Shown here: positions 11,367 through 21,125 of the stretch, one piece after another
Layout: each line of letters opens with the position of its first letter
Position numbering within the stretch: the first letter of the stretch is position 1
Source of the DNA: an uncultured Alphaproteobacteria bacterium
GTDB taxonomy: Bacteria > Pseudomonadota > Alphaproteobacteria > Methylaequorales > Methylaequoraceae
Direction: 5' to 3'
Assembly (NCBI GenBank): GCA_902530985.1
Contig: CACACI010000004.1
Coordinates: forward strand, 2,339 to 66,338
DNA length: 64,000 bases
Program-made: the position numbers and the translations under genes
The notes under the pieces: model-generated
Told to the model about the DNA's origin: nothing
Database searches by the model: none
Seen by the model: only the letters and a program-made list of their open reading frames with translations

Positions 11367-12368
11367 ATGAAAATATTTATTAGTGGAATAGCTGGATTTC
11401 TTGGAAGTCATTTAGCTGATGCATTCATTAAAGATGGGCATCAAGTTGTTGGGTGTGATAGTCTGATAGGAGGAGAACTGGATAATGTTCCAGTTGATGC
11501 CGAATTCTATCAGTATGATTGTTGTTTTCGAAACTCTATGCTAAAAATTACAAAAGGTTGCGATTTAGTTTATCACACAGCTGCTACAGCTTATGAAGGT
11601 CTGTCAGTATTTTCTCCTCACCTCATCACGCAGAATATTGTTACTGGATCTGTCTCATTGTTTAGCGCTGCAATCGAAAATAAGGTCAAACGGATAATAT
11701 ATTGTTCATCTATGGCAAGATATGGAACTAATCAAATTCCTTTTAAAGAAGAATATAATCCATCACCTCAAGATCCTTATGGCATAGCAAAAGTAGCGGC
11801 TGAAAACATTTTAAAAAATTTATGTGAAGTTCATGGAATTGAATATGTTATAGCTGTGCCACATAATATAATTGGACCTAGACAAAAATATGATGATCCT
11901 TATAGGAATGTAGCATCCATAATGATAAATTTAATGTTACAAAATAGACAACCATTTATATATGGTAATGGAGAACAAAAAAGATGTTTTTCTTATATTG
12001 ATGATGATTTGTTTTGTCTTAAAGAAATGGCTACAAACCCTAAAGTTAAAAGTCAAATAATCAACATTGGTCCAGATGAAGAATTTATTACAATTAATAA
12101 ATTAGCAGAAAAAATTGCAAATCAATTAAAATTTAATCTTAATCCAAAGTACGTTACTGGAAGGCCTCAAGAAGTTCTGGAAGCTACTTGTAGTGCAGAT
12201 AAGGCCCGTAAATTATTAAACTATAAAACTAAAACAAAATTAGACGAAGGTTTAGAAAAAATGATAACTTTCATCAAAACTAAAGGAGTTAAAAAATTTA
12301 GATATCATTTAGATCTTGAGATTTTAAATTCAAAGACACCAAAAACATGGAAAGAAAAACTCTTTTAA
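11367..12368 (+). CDS. NAD-dependent nucleotide-sugar epimerase/dehydratase
   Basis: GIAGFLGSH Rossmann motif, SSMARYG, YGIAK catalytic YxxxK. Confidence 0.9.
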   Translation: MKIFISGIAGFLGSHLADAFIKDGHQVVGCDSLIGGELDNVPVDAEFYQYDCCFRNSMLKITKGCDLVYHTAATAYEGLSVFSPHLITQNIVTGSVSLFSAAIENKVKRIIYCSSMARYGTNQIPFKEEYNPSPQDPYGIAKVAAENILKNLCEVHGIEYVIAVPHNIIGPRQKYDDPYRNVASIMINLMLQNRQPFIYGNGEQKRCFSYIDDDLFCLKEMATNPKVKSQIINIGPDEEFITINKLAEKIANQLKFNLNPKYVTGRPQEVLEATCSADKARKLLNYKTKTKLDEGLEKMITFIKTKGVKKFRYHLDLEILNSKTPKTWKEKLF

Positions 12369-12369
12369 A

Positions 12370-13296
12370 ATGCCAAAAATTAGTTTTATTTGTCCAATAT
12401 TTAACAAAAAGAAATACCTTAACAAAGTTCTTAGATCAATTAAAAGTCAGAAAGGAAATTTTGATAAAGAATATATTTTTGTAAATGATGGATCTTCAGA
12501 TGGATCATTAGAATATTTGAAACAAAGCACTTCATCATGGAAAAATACTATTGTTATTAATCAAACAAACCGAGGACCTGCAATTGCAACCCAAGTTGGC
12601 ATTAAACATTCATCAGGAGATTATATTAAGTTAGTTGGAGGAGATGATGTAATGGCACCATTCTGTTCTGAATTATTATTAAAAACAATTAAAAAAAGAA
12701 ATTCAGTAGCTGCATTCAGTTCATACAAATTAGTTAATACTTTTGAAAATATTAATTATGGAGAAAATATAATAAGTAACTATAGAATAATAAAGAACCC
12801 TTTAATGCAAACTATAAAATCAAGTTTTTCTGGAACCACACCAAACCTTTTCTGTAATAAGGCAGTTAAAAAGTCTGGCGGATGTAACAAAAATATTTTT
12901 ATAGAAGACTTTTCTCTTGCTCTTGGCTTATCAAGACTAGGAAATTTTTGTTTTATAGATAATGTAACATCTTATGGGCCAAAAAATGATAGTCAAAGAA
13001 TTATGATAGGAAAAAAGGTTCAATTACTTCATGATTATAATGCTGCACTATATTATTTCATAAAAAAAAACAGCAAAATTGAAAAATCAATTATTAAAGT
13101 TGCTTGCAATAAGTCATTGGGTAGGGCAGATAAATGGTTTAGAAGAGAACTAGGTGGAACAAAGTTTAATAAAATGAATTATTATAAAATATCTATATTT
13201 TTTGGAAGAAGAGATTACCTAAATTTAATTAGAGAATCTTGTCTATTTTTTTATAATTTTTGTAATAAACAATCTATAAGATATAAAATATCATAA
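12370..13296 (+). CDS. glycosyltransferase family 2
   Basis: ISFICPIFN, VNDGSSDGS, GDD and IED motifs. Confidence 0.88.
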   Translation: MPKISFICPIFNKKKYLNKVLRSIKSQKGNFDKEYIFVNDGSSDGSLEYLKQSTSSWKNTIVINQTNRGPAIATQVGIKHSSGDYIKLVGGDDVMAPFCSELLLKTIKKRNSVAAFSSYKLVNTFENINYGENIISNYRIIKNPLMQTIKSSFSGTTPNLFCNKAVKKSGGCNKNIFIEDFSLALGLSRLGNFCFIDNVTSYGPKNDSQRIMIGKKVQLLHDYNAALYYFIKKNSKIEKSIIKVACNKSLGRADKWFRRELGGTKFNKMNYYKISIFFGRRDYLNLIRESCLFFYNFCNKQSIRYKIS

Positions 13297-13297
13297 A

Positions 13298-14089
13298 TCA
13301 CTCTCCTTGATTGATAAGCAAACCTCTATCTCTTGCCACCTTTAACATTTTTAAAAAAAACAAAATACTTAAGAATAAATAAAAAGCATTTAGAAAAACT
13401 ATTATTAGGAAATTAGAAAATATAAACATTCTTTCAATTAAAATTAGTCGCATAGATTCAAAAATATGAACTGTAGGTAAAATTTGAGCGATTCCTTGAA
13501 CTGTTTCTGGAAGTGAATTTAATGGGTAATAAACACATGAGAAAGGTAATATAATAAAAATTACCGCCCATGCTAGTTCCTCGAATGCATGGCCATACCT
13601 GAGCACCAAACCTGAAACTAAAAAACCAATAGACCATCCGACTATTATTAAATTAAAAAAAAAAAAAGAAAGATAAAAACCCAGTTCAAAGAGATGAAAA
13701 TTAAAAAAATAATTTGCAAAAAAAATAGCAGGTGTTAATCCAATGCATGTCCTAATAAAACTTATTAAAACTAATCCAATTACTATCTCAAAATCTTTTA
13801 TTGGAGTTATAAAAAGATTAGGAAGATTTCTAGACCATAATTCTTCAAAAAAAGACATTGTTAATCCCAATTGTCCTCTAAATAAAACATCCCAAAGAAC
13901 AACAGCTGACAGAATTATATTTAATGAGCTCCAAATCCCATAACTTTCATTTGACATAAAAAAGTTTGTAAAAAAACCCCAAAACAATATTTGAACTGTT
14001 GGCCAATAAAAAATACTCATTAATCTTGGAAATGATCCAAATGAGATATTCTGATATCTTATTAAAAGTGCAAATATTCTATTAAACAT
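13298..14089 (-). CDS. ABC-2 type transporter permease
   Basis: About six hydrophobic segments, EELWSRNL, PFSCVYYPL; adjacent to an ABC ATPase. Confidence 0.85.
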   Translation of the reverse strand: MFNRIFALLIRYQNISFGSFPRLMSIFYWPTVQILFWGFFTNFFMSNESYGIWSSLNIILSAVVLWDVLFRGQLGLTMSFFEELWSRNLPNLFITPIKDFEIVIGLVLISFIRTCIGLTPAIFFANYFFNFHLFELGFYLSFFFFNLIIVGWSIGFLVSGLVLRYGHAFEELAWAVIFIILPFSCVYYPLNSLPETVQGIAQILPTVHIFESMRLILIERMFIFSNFLIIVFLNAFYLFLSILFFLKMLKVARDRGLLINQGE

Positions 14090-14091
14090 AT

Positions 14092-14802
14092 TTATTTAAA
14101 CAAATCCTTAAGTGATGAATAATTATTTTTTTTAATAAGATTTTTTAAATCTCCATTATAAAATATATTTCCATTATCGAGAACCACCAAATAAGAGCAC
14201 ATTTTTTCAATTTCAACTAAATCATGTGAAGTAATAATTATTGTAGATTTATTTATTCTTTGATAGTCAATTATATACTGTCTTACAAACTCAGATGTTG
14301 AAACATCAAGAGAAGCCGTGGGCTCATCAAGAAGCAATAATTTAGGTTTGTTAAGTAATGCTTTACATAGATTTACCCTTGTTTTTTGACCTGAAGAAAG
14401 CGTACCATATTTTTTGCTCAACAAACCTTTAACATCAAGGTCCAAAGTCAATCGAGAGATTTGGGTATTATAGTCATGAACATTATATAATCGTGCATAA
14501 AAAATTAGGTTCTGTATAACAGTCATTTTTTTAGGAAGTTCTACGTATGGACTTTGAAAATTAATTTTGCTGAGTATTTCGTATTTTTTTTTACGTAATG
14601 ATTCTTCAAAAATATAAATTTCTCCATTTGTTGGAGTAACTAATCCCATTAACATTGCAAGAAAAGTTGTTTTTCCAGCACCATTTTTACCTAAAATACC
14701 AAATATTCCATTTTCTGGTAAAGTAATTGATATATCATTCAAAATATTTATATCGTCATATTTTTTAGATAAATTTACTGTCTTTACTGACGATCTTATC
14801 AC
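14092..14802 (-). CDS. ABC transporter ATP-binding protein
   Basis: Walker A GKNGAGKT, signature LSSGQ, Walker B LLLLDEPT, SH switch. Confidence 0.93.
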   Translation of the reverse strand: MIRSSVKTVNLSKKYDDINILNDISITLPENGIFGILGKNGAGKTTFLAMLMGLVTPTNGEIYIFEESLRKKKYEILSKINFQSPYVELPKKMTVIQNLIFYARLYNVHDYNTQISRLTLDLDVKGLLSKKYGTLSSGQKTRVNLCKALLNKPKLLLLDEPTASLDVSTSEFVRQYIIDYQRINKSTIIITSHDLVEIEKMCSYLVVLDNGNIFYNGDLKNLIKKNNYSSLKDLFK

Positions 14803-15663
14803 TTAATTTAATTGATACGCTGTAAGGTTATTGTTTTTCATCATAGGGATAAGAATAAGATTTTTATGCATTAAGATCTCAAGATCTGCTGCACCCTTAT
14901 TTATTTTCTTAGTACCAATAACCATACCTTTTTTGTTAATAGTCAGAAGTTTTCCATGCATCCAGTCAGTAACTAAATAACCATTATTTCTATTGAACAC
15001 AATACCATCTAAATTCCCTATTGGACGTGTGCTAAAAAATTTTTTAATTTCTCTGGTATGAAGATTTAATTTAATTAATGTTCCTTTTACTTCAGTTTTA
15101 AAACCTTCACTTATTTCTCCCCAACAAGCAACAATTAAATATTTACCTTCAATTAAAAGACCATTAGGTGAATATAAAAGTTTACTTTGTTTCCAAATAT
15201 TTAATCTATTATTCTTTAAAGCATAAATTCTATTTTTAAACATATCAGAGGCGTATATAGTTCCATTTTTATCTGCTACTAAATCATTCAAAAAACCTGC
15301 ATCATTTATAGAAAAAGACTCTTTTTCCTTACTGTTTATTGAAATTTTCCATATTTTATTTATATCTGAAACAAATAAAAAGTTTTTATGAATTGCCATT
15401 CCCTTTGGCGCATCTAAACCTGTAATCCATTTTTTTTCTAAAATTTGTCCATTTACGCTTATTTTTGTTATGTAACCATTCTTATCTTGTTTAAGTGGAT
15501 CTCCGTTGATATTTGAAATATAAATTGCATCACTACCTTTATCATAAATAACTGATTCTGGCTCGTTAAGTCCGTCAATTATCCATTTAATTTCTAATGA
15601 GATAGCATTTGAAAAATAGAAAATGAATATAAAAAAGAAAATTTTTAAAAAGATGTTTATCAT
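14803..15663 (-). CDS. secreted SMP-30/gluconolactonase-like beta-propeller
   Basis: Signal peptide, PESV, APKGM, FLND, PNGL, LDG blade motifs. Confidence 0.75.
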   Translation of the reverse strand: MINIFLKIFFFIFIFYFSNAISLEIKWIIDGLNEPESVIYDKGSDAIYISNINGDPLKQDKNGYITKISVNGQILEKKWITGLDAPKGMAIHKNFLFVSDINKIWKISINSKEKESFSINDAGFLNDLVADKNGTIYASDMFKNRIYALKNNRLNIWKQSKLLYSPNGLLIEGKYLIVACWGEISEGFKTEVKGTLIKLNLHTREIKKFFSTRPIGNLDGIVFNRNNGYLVTDWMHGKLLTINKKGMVIGTKKINKGAADLEILMHKNLILIPMMKNNNLTAYQLN

Positions 15664-15762
15664 TTTTTTTTAGAAATTCTAAACTAAACTATTGTTAACT
15701 TTTTGTATATGATTTAGGAAAAAAAGTTTACAATCAGCTAAAAAAAATAGTTTTTAAAAAAT

Positions 15763-16764
15763 ATGATAAATAACTCTCTTAAAAATAATTTTGCAGAATG
15801 TATCGGAAACACTCCTATTATTAAACTTAAAATAGCTTCAGAAATATCTGGGTGCGAAATATACGGAAAATGTGAATTTCTTAATCCAGGTGGATCAGTT
15901 AAAGACAGACCAGCATTACAGATAATTCAAGATGCTATAGATGAAAAAAAAATTGAAAAAGGAGGAGTAATTGTTGAAGGAACTGCTGGTAATACTGGAA
16001 TTGGTTTGTGTTTAGTTGGAAATTCATTAGGTATGAAATCAATAATTGTAATGCCAAGAACTCAAAGTGATGAGAAAAAAAAAATGTTAAAATTATGTGG
16101 TGCTGATTTAAGATTAGTTGATGCCCTACCATATAAAAATCAAGGGAATTATATAAGACATTCCGAAAGTTTATCAAAATCTATAAAAAATGATAAAGGT
16201 GTTTTGTGGGCCAACCAATTTGACAACCTATCAAATAAAAAATCCCATTATTTGACAACAGGACCAGAAATCTACAATCAATTATGTGGAAATATTGATG
16301 GTTTTATTTGTTCAATCGGAACGGGAGGAACAATTTCTGGGGTATCAGATTTTTTGAAAGAAAAAGATAAAAATATAAAAATTGGTTTATCAGACCCAAT
16401 GGGGTCAGCTATGTATAATTTTTATAAAAAAGGCAAGTTAGAATCATCTGGATCTTCTATTACAGAAGGAATTGGTCAAGGAAGGATTACCAAAAATCTA
16501 GAAAACGTTATTATTGATGAATCTTTTCAGGTCTCGGATGAAGAAGCATTGAACATTGTATTTAAAATGATTGAAAACGAAGGGCTAATTCTGGGTGGGT
16601 CATCTGGAATAAATATTATGGGTGCAATTAAAATGGGTCAAAAGATTGGACCAAACAAAAAAATTGTAACAATTTTGTGTGATTACGGTACAAAATATGA
16701 AAGTAAAATTTTTAACAAAGATTTTTTAAAAGAAAAGCAACTTCCAATTCCAAAATGGCTTTAA
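15763..16764 (+). CDS. cysK: cysteine synthase
   Basis: KCEFLNPGGSVKDR (PLP Lys), EGTAGNTG, GTGGT. Confidence 0.93.
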   Translation: MINNSLKNNFAECIGNTPIIKLKIASEISGCEIYGKCEFLNPGGSVKDRPALQIIQDAIDEKKIEKGGVIVEGTAGNTGIGLCLVGNSLGMKSIIVMPRTQSDEKKKMLKLCGADLRLVDALPYKNQGNYIRHSESLSKSIKNDKGVLWANQFDNLSNKKSHYLTTGPEIYNQLCGNIDGFICSIGTGGTISGVSDFLKEKDKNIKIGLSDPMGSAMYNFYKKGKLESSGSSITEGIGQGRITKNLENVIIDESFQVSDEEALNIVFKMIENEGLILGGSSGINIMGAIKMGQKIGPNKKIVTILCDYGTKYESKIFNKDFLKEKQLPIPKWL

Positions 16765-17609
16765 ATTCAATAAAAGACTATATAATTAAGGCGAATGACC
16801 TTAAAAGAAGAATAAATTCAAGTGATTTAAAATTGATTGATTGCAGATGGTACCTAGGAGAACCAGGAAAAGGCAATAAAGAATATTTAAAATCACATCT
16901 TCAAGGAGCTATTTTTCTTGATTTAGATGAACTTTCTTGCCAATCAAATGATTTACCGCATATGTTTCCTCAAGATAAACAATTTGCTAAATTTACTAGA
17001 AACTTTGGTATAGAAATTAATAATGAAATAATAATATATGATCAGAATGGGTTTTTTAGTTCATCTAGAGTTTGGTTTATGTTTAAATATTTTGGCTTTA
17101 AAAAAATTAAAATTTTAGATGGAGGAATTAATAAATGGAAAAAAATGAACTTACCCCTTACGAAGATTATTAAAGGAAGAAAAAAATCAAATTATTTAAA
17201 CAATAAAATTAAAGCGGGTATTTTAATAAAAAAAAAAGATTTAGAAAAATCTATAAGCTCTAAATCAAACAATTTAAAGATCATTGACGCCAGACCTAAA
17301 AAAAGATTTCTTGGCATTGATCCTGAACCAAGGCATGGACTAATTAAAGGGAATATCAAATATAGTATTAATATACCATATTATAGTATAGTTGAAAAAA
17401 ATGGCACATTAAAAACCATACAGAAACTAAAAGAATTAATCTTAAAAGACAATGAAATTGATAAACAAAACGAAATTGTATGTTATTGTGGTTCAGGAAT
17501 AACTGCTTGCAATATTATCTTAGTTCTTGAAATATTAGGTTTTACAAAAATTAAATTATACGATGGATCATGGGCAGAATGGGGAAAAAACAAGTCGAAT
17601 CAAAATTAA
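16755..17609 (+). CDS. sseA: 3-mercaptopyruvate sulfurtransferase (tandem rhodanese)
   Basis: CGSGITAC active loop, LYDGSWAEW. Confidence 0.92.
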   Translation: MALNSIKDYIIKANDLKRRINSSDLKLIDCRWYLGEPGKGNKEYLKSHLQGAIFLDLDELSCQSNDLPHMFPQDKQFAKFTRNFGIEINNEIIIYDQNGFFSSSRVWFMFKYFGFKKIKILDGGINKWKKMNLPLTKIIKGRKKSNYLNNKIKAGILIKKKDLEKSISSKSNNLKIIDARPKKRFLGIDPEPRHGLIKGNIKYSINIPYYSIVEKNGTLKTIQKLKELILKDNEIDKQNEIVCYCGSGITACNIILVLEILGFTKIKLYDGSWAEWGKNKSNQN

Positions 17610-18742
17610 TAAAATTAGGAAGTAATCCAGAAAAACATCATGGATCATTAAGTGATCCAATTTATAAAACTTCAACTATAATTTTTGATAACTATAAAAA
17701 CTTTTTAAAGGCTAAGAAAGATCGATTTAATCTCCCCTATTACGGAAGGTTTGGCAATTACACAACTAAAAGATTTGAAAACATAATTAGTCAAGTTTAT
17801 CAAAGTGAGGCTTCTGTGGTAACAAGCTCTGGGTTATCATCTATCACAATATGTTTGCTATCATTTTTATCAAAAGGTGATGAAGTATTAGTTACAGAAA
17901 ATTGTTACGAACCAGTTTTTAATTTTTGCTCAAAAGAACTCAAAAAGTTTGGTATTAAAACTCATTTTTTTAAAAATAATAATATTATCCAACTCGAAAA
18001 ACTTCTTAATAAAAAAACTAAGGTTATTTATTTAGAATCACCTGGTTCATTAAATTTTGAAGTTGAAGATATTGAAAAAGTTATAAAAATTGCAAAAAAA
18101 AGAAAAATTATTACAATTATAGATAATACTTGGGCAACTTTTCTTGGATTTAACCCTTTAAAATGGGGTATAGATGTTGCTATAGAATCATGTACTAAAT
18201 ATTTTTCCGGTCATTCTGATAATTTCTGTGGAATAATCGCATGCTCTAAAACAAACTATCAAAAAATTAAACAAACCGCAGTGAGAATGGGAGATTTTGT
18301 TTCTGCTGAAAGCTGTTCTTATGCTATGAGAGGCCTAAAAACTCTTTTTCTGAGATTAAAAAAACATGAATCAAATGCTATGGTCATCTTTAAATATCTC
18401 CAAAAAAAGGATTCTGTAAAAAAAATTTTTTTCTTACCTGATAAAAATAATCCTAATCATGAGCGTTGGAAAAAGTATTTTAACAACAGCAATGGACTAA
18501 TAACATTTGCTATAAAAAGAAATGGAAATATTGAAAATTTTTTAGATAGTCTTAACTTGTTTAAAATTGGATTTAGCTGGGGTGGATACGAAAGCTTAAT
18601 TCTCCCCTTAAATAGAATAGTGCCCACAAATAAAAATTATATGAAACGATGGTATTGGTTTAGAATTCATATTGGTTTAGAATCAACTAATGATATGATA
18701 TTTGACTTAGAGCAAGGATTTAATAATTATGAAAAAAAGTAA
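17579..18742 (+). CDS. metC: cystathionine beta-lyase
   Basis: YYGRFG, ESPGS, DNTWA, TKYFSGHSD (PLP Lys), GFSWGGYESL; start 17570 or 17579. Confidence 0.88.
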   Translation: MGKKQVESKLIKLGSNPEKHHGSLSDPIYKTSTIIFDNYKNFLKAKKDRFNLPYYGRFGNYTTKRFENIISQVYQSEASVVTSSGLSSITICLLSFLSKGDEVLVTENCYEPVFNFCSKELKKFGIKTHFFKNNNIIQLEKLLNKKTKVIYLESPGSLNFEVEDIEKVIKIAKKRKIITIIDNTWATFLGFNPLKWGIDVAIESCTKYFSGHSDNFCGIIACSKTNYQKIKQTAVRMGDFVSAESCSYAMRGLKTLFLRLKKHESNAMVIFKYLQKKDSVKKIFFLPDKNNPNHERWKKYFNNSNGLITFAIKRNGNIENFLDSLNLFKIGFSWGGYESLILPLNRIVPTNKNYMKRWYWFRIHIGLESTNDMIFDLEQGFNNYEKK

Positions 18743-19025
18743 ATTTTTAATATTCAAACCTCCAAAATCAGCCATGCAATCTGGATTAAATAAGACTAAA
18801 AAATGGTGTCTTTGTAACAATGAAATAAATGAAACATTTATGAGCAGTAAGTTTTGCTGGATTGGAAGTGCAAATCCAGAAAAACAGATTAAATTATATT
18901 TTGATAATTTGCAGTCTGCAGAAGACTTTGCAAAAAAAAATAAATATGATTACGAAGTACAAAAATCTAATGATAGAAGTGTTATAAAGAAATCATATTC
19001 AGAAAACTTTGTTAAGAAGAATTAA
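18729..19025 (+). CDS. complex I accessory subunit NDUFS4-like (ETC_C1_NDUFA4 family)
   Basis: KPPKSAMQSG...W, QIKLYF, KSYSENF pattern typical of alphaproteobacterial NDUFS4 homologues. Confidence 0.8.
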   Translation: MKKSKFLIFKPPKSAMQSGLNKTKKWCLCNNEINETFMSSKFCWIGSANPEKQIKLYFDNLQSAEDFAKKNKYDYEVQKSNDRSVIKKSYSENFVKKN

Positions 19026-19028
19026 AAA

Positions 19029-19526
19029 ATGAGTAACGAAAAGTTTTGTCCTAATTGGTTATTTAAAATTATTATTTCGCAAACCGTATATGATTATATA
19101 GTTAGAGATATTGCATTGTTTATAAGTGCAAAAAAGTTTATTTCGTTTTTTTCAGAATATTATGATGAACTAGACTCTGATGAAATACAGACAACTGCAG
19201 CTGCATTCATTCAATTTCTTGGAGAAGTAAAAGCTAAAGACCCCTTCATGCTACTGAATCATTTCAAATACAGTATAATTACAGATGTAAAACCAAATAC
19301 AAAAGGAATTTTTAAAAAAGATGCTTATGATAGTGAATCTAAAAAGAAATATTCTCCTCATGAAGCGGTTAAAGATTTTAAAGTTTTTTCTTACTCATGT
19401 AGATCTGGTTTGACAAGAAAAGCTCCTTTAGGATGGGAATTACAGAATGAAAATGAATTAGGCCTAATAAGTGATGCAATAAATAAAGAGTTCTCAATCG
19501 ATGATATGATTGATAGTGTTAGCTAA
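19029..19526 (+). CDS. hypothetical protein
   Basis: 165-aa ORF packed 3 bp from both neighbours on the same strand; no motif recognised. Confidence 0.7.
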   Translation: MSNEKFCPNWLFKIIISQTVYDYIVRDIALFISAKKFISFFSEYYDELDSDEIQTTAAAFIQFLGEVKAKDPFMLLNHFKYSIITDVKPNTKGIFKKDAYDSESKKKYSPHEAVKDFKVFSYSCRSGLTRKAPLGWELQNENELGLISDAINKEFSIDDMIDSVS

Positions 19527-19529
19527 ATT

Positions 19530-20333
19530 ATGAAATATTTATCTTTTATAGTAATTTTTTTAATAACTTTTTTCATTAATAATGAAGCATATGGTGATGA
19601 ACAGAATTTGATAACAAAGGCTGTTGAAAACCCCAATAGAGGTAAGGAAGATATATATAGAGATAAATACAGAAACCCTTTAGAAACATTAAATTTTTTT
19701 GGTTTAGATAGGAAAATGAAAGTTCTTGAAGTTATACCTGGAAGAGGATGGTATACAAAAATTATTAGCAATTATATGAAAAGCACTAACAACTTTTATG
19801 TCGCAACATATGAGAATCCTCCTTTTGCAACAGAGATTATTACAAAAATCCAAAAAGAATTTTTTAATTTTTTTAGAAATAATATAGAAAATTTTGGAGA
19901 AATTAAATCAACTAAAATCAATAAAGATTTCAAATTAATTGGTTATAATGATTATTTTGACATGATTTTAACGTTTAGAAACACACACAATTTCTTAGAT
20001 CAAAATAAATCAAAAGAGATTTTTAAATCATTTCATAAATCGCTAAAAAAAGGTGGGGTTTTAGGTGTTGTTCAACATAGAGCTAATGAAATATCTGAAT
20101 TTAATTATAAAAAAGGGTATGTTAAAGAATCTTTTTTAATAAACCATATAGAACAACAAGGTTTCTCTTTACTTAAAAAGTCAGAAATTAATGCAAATCC
20201 CAGAGATATTAAGAATTATGAAAAAGGTGTTTGGACGCTTCCACCTAGATATACTGAAGGAGCAAAAAATAGATCTTTATATACTTCAATTGGTGAAAGC
20301 GACCGTATGACCCTAAAGTTTATCAAAAAGTAA
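19530..20333 (+). CDS. secreted class I SAM-dependent methyltransferase-like protein (COG4798-like)
   Basis: Signal peptide, RDKYRNPLETL, VLEVIPGRGWYT, TFRNTH, GVWTLPP, IGESDRM. Confidence 0.82.
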   Translation: MKYLSFIVIFLITFFINNEAYGDEQNLITKAVENPNRGKEDIYRDKYRNPLETLNFFGLDRKMKVLEVIPGRGWYTKIISNYMKSTNNFYVATYENPPFATEIITKIQKEFFNFFRNNIENFGEIKSTKINKDFKLIGYNDYFDMILTFRNTHNFLDQNKSKEIFKSFHKSLKKGGVLGVVQHRANEISEFNYKKGYVKESFLINHIEQQGFSLLKKSEINANPRDIKNYEKGVWTLPPRYTEGAKNRSLYTSIGESDRMTLKFIKK

Positions 20334-21125
20334 ATGATTCATTTTATTGTTGCCACTCAACCTGAGGCTCAACCAATAATTGATATTTTCAAACTTAGAA
20401 AAATTCAAAATAGCAATATCCTTCCAATTTATAATTCAAAAAATATAAGCTTAACTATAACAGGTATTGGGAAGGTAAATTCTGCAATAGGAGTTACCCA
20501 AACTCATTATGAAATTACTCAACAAAAAAATGATATATGGATCAATATAGGGCTTGCTGGTCATGAGAAATTTGATATTGGTAAAATATTTGTAGTTAAT
20601 AAAATTTCAGATTATTCAAGTGGTAAAGTTTTTTTTCCATTCATTAGTGATTTAGAAATCAAATCATTAGAATGTATTTCTTTCGATAAAGAAAATAAAA
20701 AATACAATAATTCTATGTCTGATATGGAAAGCATTGGGTTCTACCAAGCTGCAAATAAATATTCCACTAAAGAATTAATTAACATATTAAAAATAGTTTC
20801 CGACAATAAGAAAGAATCAATAGATTTTTTTGATAAGAAGAAAATCTATAATATGATAATACAACATAGAGATCTAATAATAGAAAATTGTAAACATTTA
20901 AATGAAATAAAAAATAATATACTAAAAAATAATGATGGACTTATTAAAGAAACTTACGAAAAACTAATTGATAAAGAAAAATTTTCTTTTACGGAAACTC
21001 AACAAATCAAGGCATTGCTAAAGTTGTATTTTTCAAAAAATAAGTTTATGAAAAAGAATATTTTAAATAAAAACAAAGATGGAGCTTATAATATTACAAA
21101 ATTAAAAGAATTTTTAAAATTATGA
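20334..21125 (+). CDS. nucleoside phosphorylase / MTA-SAH nucleosidase-fold protein
   Basis: TGIGKVNSA, INIGLAG, DMES, KIVSD motifs of the PNP/UDP_1 fold. Confidence 0.72.
   Translation: MIHFIVATQPEAQPIIDIFKLRKIQNSNILPIYNSKNISLTITGIGKVNSAIGVTQTHYEITQQKNDIWINIGLAGHEKFDIGKIFVVNKISDYSSGKVFFPFISDLEIKSLECISFDKENKKYNNSMSDMESIGFYQAANKYSTKELINILKIVSDNKKESIDFFDKKKIYNMIIQHRDLIIENCKHLNEIKNNILKNNDGLIKETYEKLIDKEKFSFTETQQIKALLKLYFSKNKFMKKNILNKNKDGAYNITKLKEFLKL

Noticed and set aside
13655-13667. A13 tract in the ABC permease as a contingency locus
   Set aside because: The ORF is intact (Phe run in a TM helix) and long A/T runs are common throughout the window.
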